Positions 1-7,813 of a stretch of 24,000 nt of DNA are shown here, piece by piece (position 1 is the first letter of the stretch; each line of letters starts with the position of its first letter). The notes beneath the pieces are model-generated. The model was not told the origin of the DNA. It searched no databases and worked only from the letters and a program-made list of their open reading frames with translations. This DNA comes from an uncultured Actinomycetes bacterium (lineage in GTDB: Bacteria; Actinomycetota; Thermoleophilia; Solirubrobacterales; Solirubrobacteraceae), in contig CAWJGV010000004.1 in assembly GCA_963842605.1 (NCBI GenBank), forward strand, positions 129,702 through 153,701, written 5' to 3'. The position numbers were made by a program, and so were the translations under genes.

Positions 1-939
1 TATCTCCTCGGCAACGAGGGCAACGAGAAGGTCTTCATCGCCCCGCAGACCGAGTGCAAGCGCGTCGGCCGCAGGACACTGTGCGAGCGGACGGCGGCGA
101 ACCTCTACCGCAACTACGTCAACGTCGGTGTCCCGGCGATCAAGGCCGCGGACCCCGGCTCGCAGGTGATCATCGGCGAGCTCGCCCCGATCGGCGCGAT
201 CGGCAAGACGGCGGGCAACCTCGCCCCGCTGGCCTTCATCCGGCAGATGTGGTGCCGCGACGACAAGTGGCGCCGGATCCGCACCGGGGCGTGCCGGAGC
301 TTCACCCCGCCCAAGGGCGACGGGTTCGGCTACCACCCGTACCAGGTGCGCAGCCGTCCCAGGCAGCGTCAGCGCAACCCCAACCTGGCCAAGCTGGGCG
401 ACCTCAAGCGGCTGTTCGCCGTGCTCGACCGCGCCTCGCGCCGCAAGTTCAACCTGTACATCACCGAGTACGGCTACGAGACCAACCCGCCGGACACCAA
501 GAACGGCGTGTCCCCGACGCAGCAGAACCGCTATCTCCAGGAGTCGGCCTACGTCGTGTGGGCGACCAAGCGGGTGAAGCTGTTCTCGCAGTACCTGTGG
601 CGTGACGACAACGAGCTCAACGGCTTCCAGACCGGCCTGCTCAACAACGACGGCTCGCCGAAGCCGTCGCTGGCCTCGTTCCCCAACCCCTTCTTCATCG
701 ACCTGGCGAAGGGGCGCAGGAAGGCCGTGATCTGGGGGCAGGTGCGCCCGGACGGCGTCGGCTCGGTGCGCGTGCTCCAGCAGCGCGGTGGCGCGGCGTT
801 CACGCCGTTCCTCACGCTCGCCCTGGACAGGCTGGGCTACTTCAGCGCGCGCCGAAGCCTGCCGCGGAACTCGAACTACCGCTTCGAGTATCAGCGCGGA
901 GGCCAGACGATCTCGAGCGACACGGTCCACGTCTCGTGA
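1..939 (+). CDS. Glycoside hydrolase-like protein, clan GH-A (beta/alpha)8-barrel type; 5' end lies outside the window
   Basis: Frame 1 is open from base 1 (YLLGNEGNEKVFIAPQ...) to TGA 937-939. The track ORF 166..939 is only the part after an internal GTG. An NE acid/base-like motif (LGNEGNE) and an ITEYGYE nucleophile-like motif about 150 aa later have the spacing typical of clan GH-A. Codon position 3 is strongly G/C. Confidence 0.65.
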   Translation, partial: YLLGNEGNEKVFIAPQTECKRVGRRTLCERTAANLYRNYVNVGVPAIKAADPGSQVIIGELAPIGAIGKTAGNLAPLAFIRQMWCRDDKWRRIRTGACRSFTPPKGDGFGYHPYQVRSRPRQRQRNPNLAKLGDLKRLFAVLDRASRRKFNLYITEYGYETNPPDTKNGVSPTQQNRYLQESAYVVWATKRVKLFSQYLWRDDNELNGFQTGLLNNDGSPKPSLASFPNPFFIDLAKGRRKAVIWGQVRPDGVGSVRVLQQRGGAAFTPFLTLALDRLGYFSARRSLPRNSNYRFEYQRGGQTISSDTVHVS

Positions 940-940
940 C

Positions 941-955
941 GCGGCGCGGCGCCGC
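941..955. terminator. Short GC hairpin between convergent genes; possible bidirectional terminator
   Basis: gcggcgc-g-gcgccgc is a perfect inverted repeat in the 19-nt gap between TGA 937-939 (+) and the stop at 959-961 (-). There is no U-tract. Confidence 0.2.
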
Positions 956-958
956 CCC

Positions 959-2059
959 TCACCTCACCGGGTAGGGGGGCGGCGCCGCCTGGTCGATGCC
1001 CTCGACCACCCCGGTTCGGTCCATGTGGACGGCGTAGCCCACGTTCATGACCGCAAAGGCGGCGAGCACGGCCACGGCGGCACGGCGGTGACGCTCGAGC
1101 ACCCACCCCCCGGGCACGAAGACGAAGGGGGCGGCGAGGAAGAGGATGCGGCCCCAGTCCAGCGCGAACAGGCACGACGCCGCGGTCAGCCCGAGCACGA
1201 TCAGCCCGGCCCGGGCGAAGCGCATGCCCCGCAGCGCGAAGGGCAGGCACAGCCAGAGCGGGCCGAACGCCGAGGCGACCCGGCGCGTCTGTTCCCAGGC
1301 CTGGTCGGCGGCGGCATCGAGGACCTCGCGGCGCCCCGCCACCAGGCCCTTGTCGTAGCCCAGCACGTGCTCGCGCCCCACCGTGGGCACGGTCCAGCGC
1401 ACGACGGCGTAGGCGACGAGAGCCGGCGCGGCGGCAAGGACGACGGCGCGCAGAGCGTCCCGATCGACGGCGCGCCGCGCCCACATGGCATAGGCGAACG
1501 GGATCAGGAACAGCGTCGTCTCGCGCACCAGCGCGCCGAGCAGGAGGACGACCGCGAGGGCCCGCGGCCGCCGGTCGACCACGCACAGCGTCCCGGCGAA
1601 CATGGCGAGCACGGCGACCGCGTCGGGGTTGCGACCCTGGCGCAGCGAGACCAGCAGCATCGCCGGCGCCAGGACGAGCGCCAGCCCGAGCGCGACGGCG
1701 ATCCAGGGCCTGACCTCGTAGCGCCGCAGCAGTACGTAGAGGAGCGCCGCCGACCCGCCGCCGGCGAGCCAGGCGATCACGCTGAACGACGCCTCGTGCC
1801 CGAACGGCAGGACGTGGACGAGCAGCGGCACCCCGAGCCGGTAGGCGAAGGGGAAGGTGTGCTCGCCGAACGGGTCGTCGGCCATGCGCTCGTAGATCAG
1901 CTCGTCGCCGCGCGGCGGCTGCGCCGCGTCACGCACGAAGGCGTCGGCGATGACCAGGGCGAGCGTCGCCAGGGCGCCCACGGCCACCGCGGCCAGCGCG
2001 GGCGAGCGCTCCTCGAACTCTCGCCATGGCGAAGATGAACTGGCCATGGGCGCGCGCAT
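959..2059 (-). CDS. Polytopic integral membrane protein, possibly a GT-C-type glycosyltransferase; function not recognised
   Basis: 366-aa ORF with about 9-10 hydrophobic segments (ALAAVAVGALATLALVIA, WIAVALGLALVLAPAMLLV, GLIVLGLTAASCLFAL...). The composition is protein-like, whereas the antisense ORF 788..2038 is Arg/Gly/Pro junk. The start could be ATG 2059 or ATG 2047. Confidence 0.7.
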   Translation of the reverse strand: MRAPMASSSSPWREFEERSPALAAVAVGALATLALVIADAFVRDAAQPPRGDELIYERMADDPFGEHTFPFAYRLGVPLLVHVLPFGHEASFSVIAWLAGGGSAALLYVLLRRYEVRPWIAVALGLALVLAPAMLLVSLRQGRNPDAVAVLAMFAGTLCVVDRRPRALAVVLLLGALVRETTLFLIPFAYAMWARRAVDRDALRAVVLAAAPALVAYAVVRWTVPTVGREHVLGYDKGLVAGRREVLDAAADQAWEQTRRVASAFGPLWLCLPFALRGMRFARAGLIVLGLTAASCLFALDWGRILFLAAPFVFVPGGWVLERHRRAAVAVLAAFAVMNVGYAVHMDRTGVVEGIDQAAPPPYPVR

Positions 2060-3320
2060 GCTACAGACGGTCGACCGCTACGCTCGGCGCCCGATGAGCG
2101 CGCCGACCCGTACTCGCGATCCCGCGGCGCGCTCGGTGGCCTTCGCGTTCCTCGGCTCGCGACTGCTCGTGTGGGTCGTCGGGGCCATCAGCTTTCGCTC
2201 CTTCGCGCTGGCGGGAGACGCCCCGCGCAACGGCGGCGACGTCACCCGGGCCTGGGGCGCGCTCGGCGACACCCTGGCCGCCCCCGCCGTGCGCTGGGAC
2301 GCGACGTGGTATCTGGACATCGCTCGCCATGGCTACCGGCGGGAGGCGATCGAGCCGGCCTTCTTCCCCCTGTACTCGGTCCTGGTGCGCGGGCTCGGCG
2401 AGATCACGCGCTCCGAGATCTTCGCCGCCATCGCGATCTCCCTCGCCGCCTTCGCCGCGGCCCTCGTGCTGCTGCACCGCCTGACGACGCTGGAGCTCGG
2501 GGCCGACGTGGCCGGGCGCACGGTCGTCCTGCTGGCCTTCTTCCCCACGGCCCTGTTCTTCAGCGCGGTCTACACGGAGGCGCTGTTCCTCCTCCTCGAG
2601 CTGGGGGCCTTCTACGCGGCCCGCCGCGGGCGCTGGGCCTGGGCCGGCGCCCTCGGAGCCCTCGGCTCGGCCACCCGCAACACCGGGTGGCTGATCGCGC
2701 CGGTGCTCCTCGTGCTCTACCTCTACGGGCCTCGTGGCGACCGCGAGCCGGACGTCCCGGGCGCCTCGGGGCTGCGACCCCGCTACGCACTGCGACGCGA
2801 CGTCCTGTGGATTGCCGTCGTGCCCGTCGGCCTGTTCGCCTACCTGGCCTACATGCAGATTCACTTCGGCGACTGGCTCGCGCCCTACCACGCCGCCCAG
2901 GATTACTTTCACCGGAACTTCGACGGGCCGTTCAGCGCACTCTGGCAGGGCGGCGAGAAGGCCTGGGACGGCGTGCGCGACATCCTCAGTGGCGACGGCC
3001 CGTTCGGGCCGGCCGCGCGCAAGATCGCTCTGTTCCTCGTCGCGTGCGGGGCGCTGGGCGCCTGCGTCGGGGTGATCCGCCGGCTGCCGGCGGCCTACGG
3101 CGCCTTCGCGCTCATCTCGATCGTGCCCGCGCTGTCGTTCCCCTACCCACCGGGCCCGCTCGCCTCGTCGCTGCGCTACCTCGTGGTGGTCTTCCCGTTG
3201 TTCATGTGGCTGGGCATGCGCCTGAGCGACCGCCGCGCCTACATCGCCGTGGTGGCCGGCTTCGCCGTGATGCTGGCCTACTGCGCCGGCATGTTCGCCA
3301 CCTGGCACTTCGTGGCCTGA
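2046..3320 (+). CDS. PIG-V-like mannosyltransferase family membrane protein (GT-C fold)
   Basis: Polytopic ORF carrying WDATWYLDIARHGY followed by EPAFFPLY, which I recognise as the signature of bacterial PIG-V-like mannosyltransferase family proteins. Ends at TGA 3318-3320. The start is ambiguous (ATG 2046, 2058 or 2094). The track start at 1950 would overlap the divergent gene by 110 nt and is unlikely. Confidence 0.7.
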   Translation: MGARMLQTVDRYARRPMSAPTRTRDPAARSVAFAFLGSRLLVWVVGAISFRSFALAGDAPRNGGDVTRAWGALGDTLAAPAVRWDATWYLDIARHGYRREAIEPAFFPLYSVLVRGLGEITRSEIFAAIAISLAAFAAALVLLHRLTTLELGADVAGRTVVLLAFFPTALFFSAVYTEALFLLLELGAFYAARRGRWAWAGALGALGSATRNTGWLIAPVLLVLYLYGPRGDREPDVPGASGLRPRYALRRDVLWIAVVPVGLFAYLAYMQIHFGDWLAPYHAAQDYFHRNFDGPFSALWQGGEKAWDGVRDILSGDGPFGPAARKIALFLVACGALGACVGVIRRLPAAYGAFALISIVPALSFPYPPGPLASSLRYLVVVFPLFMWLGMRLSDRRAYIAVVAGFAVMLAYCAGMFATWHFVA

Positions 3321-3333
3321 GGCGACGTAGCGG

Positions 3334-4566
3334 TCAGGCGCGGGTGAAGCGGCGGCCGGCCGTCGGCGACTCGGCCTCGTCGAGCTGCGCCGCGGCCTTC
3401 TCCATCGCCGCGATCCGCTCGGGCGTGAGCTCGCCGGCGTTCTCGGCCTCGATCTTGGCCAGCCACTCGGCGCCCTCGGCGGCCTCCGCCTCGTGGTCCA
3501 CCACGACCGTCTTGCGCTCGGCGTACTTGTCGATCTCCTCGAACAGCACGTCGACGAGCTCGTCCTGCGGCACCTTGCGCAGCGGCTTGCCGCGCGAGAA
3601 GACGAGGCCCTCGTTCTTGGCGCCGGTGATCCCGAAGTCGGCGTGCGAGGCCTCGCCGATGCCGTTCACGGCGCAGCCGAGCACGGCGACCTCGACCGGG
3701 TCCTCGTAGCCGCGCAGGCGCTCCTCGATCTCGGCGACGACGCTGTCCATGTCGAACTGCAGGCGTCCGCAGGTCGGGCAGGCGATGAGGACGGGGCCGC
3801 GCTCGCGCAGCTTGAGCGCCTTGAGGATCTCCCAGGCGACCTTGACCTCCTCCTCGGCGTGGAACGTCGAGAGGGAGATCCGGATCGTGTCGCCGATCCC
3901 GTCCGCGAGCAGGGTCCCGAGGCCGACCGACGACTTCAGCGAGCCCGACCACTTGGTCCCCGCCTCGGTGATCCCGAGGTGCAACGGGTAATCGATCTTT
4001 TGCGACAGCAGTCGGTTGGAGGCGATCGTGTTGGGCACGTTCGTCGACTTGATCGAGACCTTGAAGTCCTCGAAGTCGAGGCGCTCCATCATCTCGACGA
4101 ACTCGATCGCGGCCGTCACGAGCGCCTCGACGGAGTTCTCGCGCTCGAGCGCATGCAGGTGCTTGGGCAGCGAGCCGGAGTTGACGCCGATGCGCATGGG
4201 CGTGCCCGCGGCCTTGGCCCGCTCCGCCACCTCCCCCACCTTCTCCGGGCCGCCGATGTTGCCCGGGTTCAGGCGGACGCAGTGCGCGCCGGCGTCGATC
4301 GCCTTGAGCGCGAGCGTGTGGTTGAAGTGGATGTCCGCGATCACCGGGATCGGCGACTCGCGCACGATCGTCCGCAGCGCCTCGACATCGTCGTCGCGTG
4401 GCACGGCCACGCGCACGATGTCCGCTCCCGCCTCGGCCACGGTGCGGATCTGGTCCATCGTGGCCTTCAGGTTGGCCGTCTCGGTCTTGGTCATCGTCTG
4501 CACGGCGACCGGCGCGCCGCCCCCGATCGGGACGCCGCCCACGCTTATCTGGCGCTTGGAGGCCAT
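3334..4566 (-). CDS. ispG: 4-hydroxy-3-methylbut-2-en-1-yl diphosphate synthase (MEP pathway)
   Basis: 410 aa from ATG 4566: MASKRQISVGGVPIGGGAPVAVQTMTKT..., IADIHFNH, GVNSGSL, ITEAG, and the Fe-S motifs ACPTCGR and GCAVNGIGEA. The 561-aa track ORF adds an implausible Arg/Gly-rich N-terminal extension. Confidence 0.95.
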   Translation of the reverse strand: MASKRQISVGGVPIGGGAPVAVQTMTKTETANLKATMDQIRTVAEAGADIVRVAVPRDDDVEALRTIVRESPIPVIADIHFNHTLALKAIDAGAHCVRLNPGNIGGPEKVGEVAERAKAAGTPMRIGVNSGSLPKHLHALERENSVEALVTAAIEFVEMMERLDFEDFKVSIKSTNVPNTIASNRLLSQKIDYPLHLGITEAGTKWSGSLKSSVGLGTLLADGIGDTIRISLSTFHAEEEVKVAWEILKALKLRERGPVLIACPTCGRLQFDMDSVVAEIEERLRGYEDPVEVAVLGCAVNGIGEASHADFGITGAKNEGLVFSRGKPLRKVPQDELVDVLFEEIDKYAERKTVVVDHEAEAAEGAEWLAKIEAENAGELTPERIAAMEKAAAQLDEAESPTAGRRFTRA

Positions 4567-4581
4567 ACAGTGAGAGTGTAG

Positions 4582-5193
4582 ATGCCCGATGTCTACGCCA
4601 CCGCCAGGCAGGGCTGGCGCACGCGGCTGGCGTCGCCGCTCGCCGCCCGGGCTCGTGCGAAACGTCACGAACGCTTCTTCCATCTCGCCCGGATCACGCG
4701 CGAGAGCCGGATCGTCGACCTGGGCTCCGGGCCGCTCGGCCTGCGCGCCTTCGCACCCGAGCTCGACGTGACCGGCGTCGACCGCCTGCCCAAGCCGGAG
4801 TACCCCGGCCCGTTCGTGCAGGCCGACGTCACGGCGCGCCTCCCGTTCGACGACGGCGAGTTCGACCTCGCGTATTCGAGCAGCCTGATCGAGCACCTCG
4901 CGCCGGCCGAGCGCGCGGCGTTCGCGGCCGAGGCACGCCGAGTCGCGCGCGGATGGTTCGTCCAGACCCCTGCCTACTCCTTCCCGATCGAGCCGCACGC
5001 CCTGCTGCCGTTCGCTCATTGGCTTCCGCCGCGAGCCCGGCGCGGCTACTGGCGGCTGGGCGTGGCCGGCGATTGGGAGGACGTCGCCCTCCTGCGCCGC
5101 CGGGAGATGGCGGAGCTGTTCGGAGAGCCCGTCCTCGCCGAGCGCGCGCTCGGCCTGGCCAAGAGCTGGATCAGCGTGCGCCCCGTCGGCTGA
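4582..5193 (+). CDS. Class I SAM-dependent methyltransferase (Methyltransf_11-like); substrate unknown
   Basis: 203 aa with motif I IVDLGSGPLG, an acidic loop VTGVD, and the post-I/II region LPFDDGEFDLAYSSSLIEHL. ATG 4582 follows an in-frame TAG. Confidence 0.85.
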   Translation: MPDVYATARQGWRTRLASPLAARARAKRHERFFHLARITRESRIVDLGSGPLGLRAFAPELDVTGVDRLPKPEYPGPFVQADVTARLPFDDGEFDLAYSSSLIEHLAPAERAAFAAEARRVARGWFVQTPAYSFPIEPHALLPFAHWLPPRARRGYWRLGVAGDWEDVALLRRREMAELFGEPVLAERALGLAKSWISVRPVG

Positions 5194-5211
5194 GGCGGCG
5201 TTCGCGATCCA

Positions 5212-5856
5212 TCAGCCACGCAGGAAGGCCAGCACGGCGAGCACGCGCCGGTGGTCGCCCTCGCCCGCGGTCAGGCCGAGCTTGCCGAAGATGGCGGTGA
5301 CGTGACGCTCGACGGCGCGCTCGCTGACCACCAGGTCCTCGGCGATGGCTCGGTTCGTCCGCCCCTCGGCCATCAGCGCGAGGACCTCGCGCTCGCGAGG
5401 TGTCAGCTCGTCCAGCGGCTCGTCGCGCTCGCGCCGGCCGAGCATGTGGGCCACGACCTCGGGATCGAGCACGGAGCCGCCCTCGGCGACCCGGCGCACG
5501 GCGTCGGAGAGGCGCTCGACGTCGGCCACGCGGTCCTTGAGCAGGTAGCCGACGCCCTCGGCACCGTCGGCCAGCAGCTGGGAGAGGTAGCGCTCTTCGA
5601 CGTACTGCGAGAGCAGGAGAAGGCCGACGTTCGGGAGCTCGGAGCGGATCTCGAGAGCTGCCCGGAGACCGTCATCCACGTTGTCCGGCGGCATGCGGAT
5701 GTCGATCACGGCCACATCGGGCTTGTGGGCGCGGACCTTGCGCAGCAGGTCCTCGGCGTCGCCCGCCTGGGCCACGACCTCGAAGCCCGAGTCCTCGAGC
5801 AGTCGCGCCGCTCCCTCTCGCAGGAGCACGGCGTCGTCGGCGATCACGATGCGCAT
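5212..5856 (-). CDS. NarL/LuxR-family two-component response regulator
   Basis: 214 aa from ATG 5856: MRIVIADDAVLLREG..., phospho-acceptor context VAVIDIRMPP, GYLLKD, and a C-terminal LuxR HTH (LTPREREVLALMAEGRTNRAIAEDLVVSERAVERHVTAIFGKLGL). The rest of the 721-aa track ORF is out-of-frame junk over the kinase gene. Confidence 0.93.
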   Translation of the reverse strand: MRIVIADDAVLLREGAARLLEDSGFEVVAQAGDAEDLLRKVRAHKPDVAVIDIRMPPDNVDDGLRAALEIRSELPNVGLLLLSQYVEERYLSQLLADGAEGVGYLLKDRVADVERLSDAVRRVAEGGSVLDPEVVAHMLGRRERDEPLDELTPREREVLALMAEGRTNRAIAEDLVVSERAVERHVTAIFGKLGLTAGEGDHRRVLAVLAFLRG

Positions 5857-7367
5857 GGAATCTCCGCGCGCAGGGTGGTGCCGTCGCCGGACGGGCTGTC
5901 CACGGCCAGCGTGCCGTCGAGCGCGGCGAGGCGGTCGGCCAGGCCGAGCAGCCCCGTGCCGGCCGCCGTGTCGGCGCCCCCGCGGCCATCGTCCCGCACC
6001 TCCACGCTCAGGCTTCCGTCGCGGCGCACGATCTCGACCTCGGCGCGCTGCGCGTCGGCATAGCGGGAGATGTTGGTCAGCGCCTCGGCGACCACGAAGT
6101 AGACGGCAGCCTCCACGGCCGCGGGGAAGCGCTCCTCGGGCGCGGCGACGAGGCGGACGGAGACGGAGCAGCGCCCCAGGAGGGAATCGAGCGCGGGCCG
6201 CAGGCCTCCCTCGGTGAGGGCCGCCGGGTGGATGCCGCGCGCCAGCTCGCGCAGCTCGGAGGTCGCCTTGTCGAGGTCGTCGAGCGCGGCGTCGAGCAGG
6301 TCGCGCGCCTCGTCCGGGTCCGCGTCGATGCGGGCGCGGGCCATGCGCAGGTCGAGCGCCAGCTCGACCAGGCGCTGCTGCGCGCCGTCGTGCAGGTCGC
6401 GCTCGAGGCGGCGCCGCGCCGTGTCTCCGGCGGCGACGATACGGGCGCGCGAGGCCCGAAGCTCGGTCTCGAACTGCTTGCGGTCGGTGATGTCGCGCAG
6501 GTAGCCGGTGAACGTGGGCGGTCCCGGCACGTCGATGCGCGTGATCGTCAGCTCGACCGGGAACGTCGTGCCGTCCGAGCGCATGCCCGTGATCTCGATG
6601 CGGCGGTCGAGCACGACCGGCGGGGCCCCCGACAGGTAGCGGGCCAGGCCGCGGCGATGCATGTCGCGCAGGTCGGGCGGCACGATCAGCTCCGCCATCT
6701 CGTGCCCGACCACGTCCTCGGTGCGGTAGCCGAAGGTGCGCTCGGCCGCGGGGTTGAAGTCGATGACGCCTCCCTCGTGGTCCATGGTCACCACGCAGTC
6801 GAGCGCGGCGTCGAGCATGGCGCGGTGCCTCGCCTCCTTCTCGCTCAACGCCTCCGCGTCGCGCCGGCGCTCGACCGCCTGGCCGATCTGGTCGCCCAGG
6901 CTGTCCATGGTCGCCAGGAGCTCGGCGTCGACCTCGCGCGGCTCGGCGGTGAAGAACTCGATCGCGCCGAGCAGGCCGCTGGCGCTGCGGATGGGGAAGC
7001 AGAAGGCGGCGTGCAGGCCCGCGCGCCGCGCCGCCTCGGCGCGCGGGAAGTTGTCGTCGGCCGTGACGTCCGGGATCCAGGCCGGCTCCCCCGTCCGCCA
7101 CACCCGGCCGGGCAGGCCCTCCCCCGGGGCGAAGGCCGTGCGGCGGCACACCGCCTCGAAGTCGGAGGCGTCGATTCCCTCGGCATGCCACGTCTCGGCG
7201 CAGCGCAGCGCCTCCGGACGGTCGGGCGCCGGCTCCCACACGGCCCCCAGACGCCAGCCGAGGCTCTCGCCGATCGCCGTCAGCACCCGCGCGTAGGCGT
7301 CGCGCGGGTCGGCCGTCTGGGCCAGGCTGCGCGCCACCGCGTGCTCCGTCCTCGGGAGGGTGGCCAT
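5844..7367 (-). CDS. Cytoplasmic sensor histidine kinase, GAF-PAS-HisKA_3-HATPase_c
   Basis: 507 aa with no TM segment. N-terminal GAF-like region (GLPGRVWRTGEPAWIPDV...FCFPIRSASGLLGAIEFF), PAS (HRAMLDAALDCVVTMDHEGGVIDFNPAAERTFGY), H-box LERDLHDGAQQRL, N-box AEALTNISRYA, and G-boxes DDGRGG / GTGLLGLADR. Overlaps the downstream regulator by 13 nt. Confidence 0.93.
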   Translation of the reverse strand: MATLPRTEHAVARSLAQTADPRDAYARVLTAIGESLGWRLGAVWEPAPDRPEALRCAETWHAEGIDASDFEAVCRRTAFAPGEGLPGRVWRTGEPAWIPDVTADDNFPRAEAARRAGLHAAFCFPIRSASGLLGAIEFFTAEPREVDAELLATMDSLGDQIGQAVERRRDAEALSEKEARHRAMLDAALDCVVTMDHEGGVIDFNPAAERTFGYRTEDVVGHEMAELIVPPDLRDMHRRGLARYLSGAPPVVLDRRIEITGMRSDGTTFPVELTITRIDVPGPPTFTGYLRDITDRKQFETELRASRARIVAAGDTARRRLERDLHDGAQQRLVELALDLRMARARIDADPDEARDLLDAALDDLDKATSELRELARGIHPAALTEGGLRPALDSLLGRCSVSVRLVAAPEERFPAAVEAAVYFVVAEALTNISRYADAQRAEVEIVRRDGSLSVEVRDDGRGGADTAAGTGLLGLADRLAALDGTLAVDSPSGDGTTLRAEIPCAS

Positions 7368-7401
7368 CGCGGCCCATGATCCTCCTTTGCGTGGGCCGTG
7401 A

Positions 7402-7755
7402 CTAGGTGAGCAGAGCGGCGACCGCGTCCCCGGACAGCCCCGACTTGGGGACGAACCCGCGAGCTCCGCTGCGGGCCACTCGATCGCCGAAGTCCGACGC
7501 GTCGCGCGTCGAGGTCAGCACCACGGCCGGACCGCCGGGAGTCGCGGCCAGCTGTTCGGCCAGGTCCAGTCCGCTGATGTCCGGGAGCTGAACGTCGAGC
7601 AGGACGACGGCGGGCCGATGGGCCCGCACCGCGTCGAGCGCCGACGCCCCATCGCAGGCCTCGGCGACGACGGTGAACTCCTCGGCCTCCAGCCAGCGCC
7701 GGGCCCGGGCGCGGAACCCGGGATTGTCGTCGACGACGAGAACCGTGCGGAGCAC
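7402..7755 (-). CDS. Stand-alone receiver-domain protein (CheY-like single-domain response regulator)
   Basis: 117 aa from a GTG start: LRTVLVVDDNPGF..., VVLLDVQLPDISG (acceptor Asp), VVLTSTRD, GFVPKS. There is no output domain. It lies 34 nt upstream of the kinase on the same strand. Confidence 0.85.
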   Translation of the reverse strand: MLRTVLVVDDNPGFRARARRWLEAEEFTVVAEACDGASALDAVRAHRPAVVLLDVQLPDISGLDLAEQLAATPGGPAVVLTSTRDASDFGDRVARSGARGFVPKSGLSGDAVAALLT

Positions 7756-7813
7756 GCATCAATCATCCGCGACGCCGCGCAGCCGCGCCATACGGTTCTC
7801 CGCCAGCCCGGCC

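Noticed and set aside
3334-3480. IspG C-terminal extension of about 40 aa (EAAEGAEWLAKIEAENAGELTPERIAAMEKAAAQLDEAESPTAGRRFTRA).
   Set aside because: IspG C-termini vary in length between lineages. The extension is a plain helical, acidic tail with no motif, so it is not distinctive enough to flag.
5212-7377. 721-aa ORF that could be read as a hybrid kinase-regulator, starting at ATG 7377 just after an AAGGAGG.
   Set aside because: Only its last 214 aa (the NarL-type regulator) look like protein. The upstream 500 aa are the wrong frame of the kinase gene. The SD-to-ATG spacing is only 3 nt. All kinase motifs lie in the 5844..7367 frame.
7368-7401. Inverted repeat GGCCCA...TGGGCC flanking the AAGGAGG upstream of the kinase gene, considered as a riboregulator or terminator.
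   Set aside because: It has only a 6-bp stem with a 15-nt loop and no U-tract. Chance inverted repeats of this size are frequent in DNA this GC-rich.
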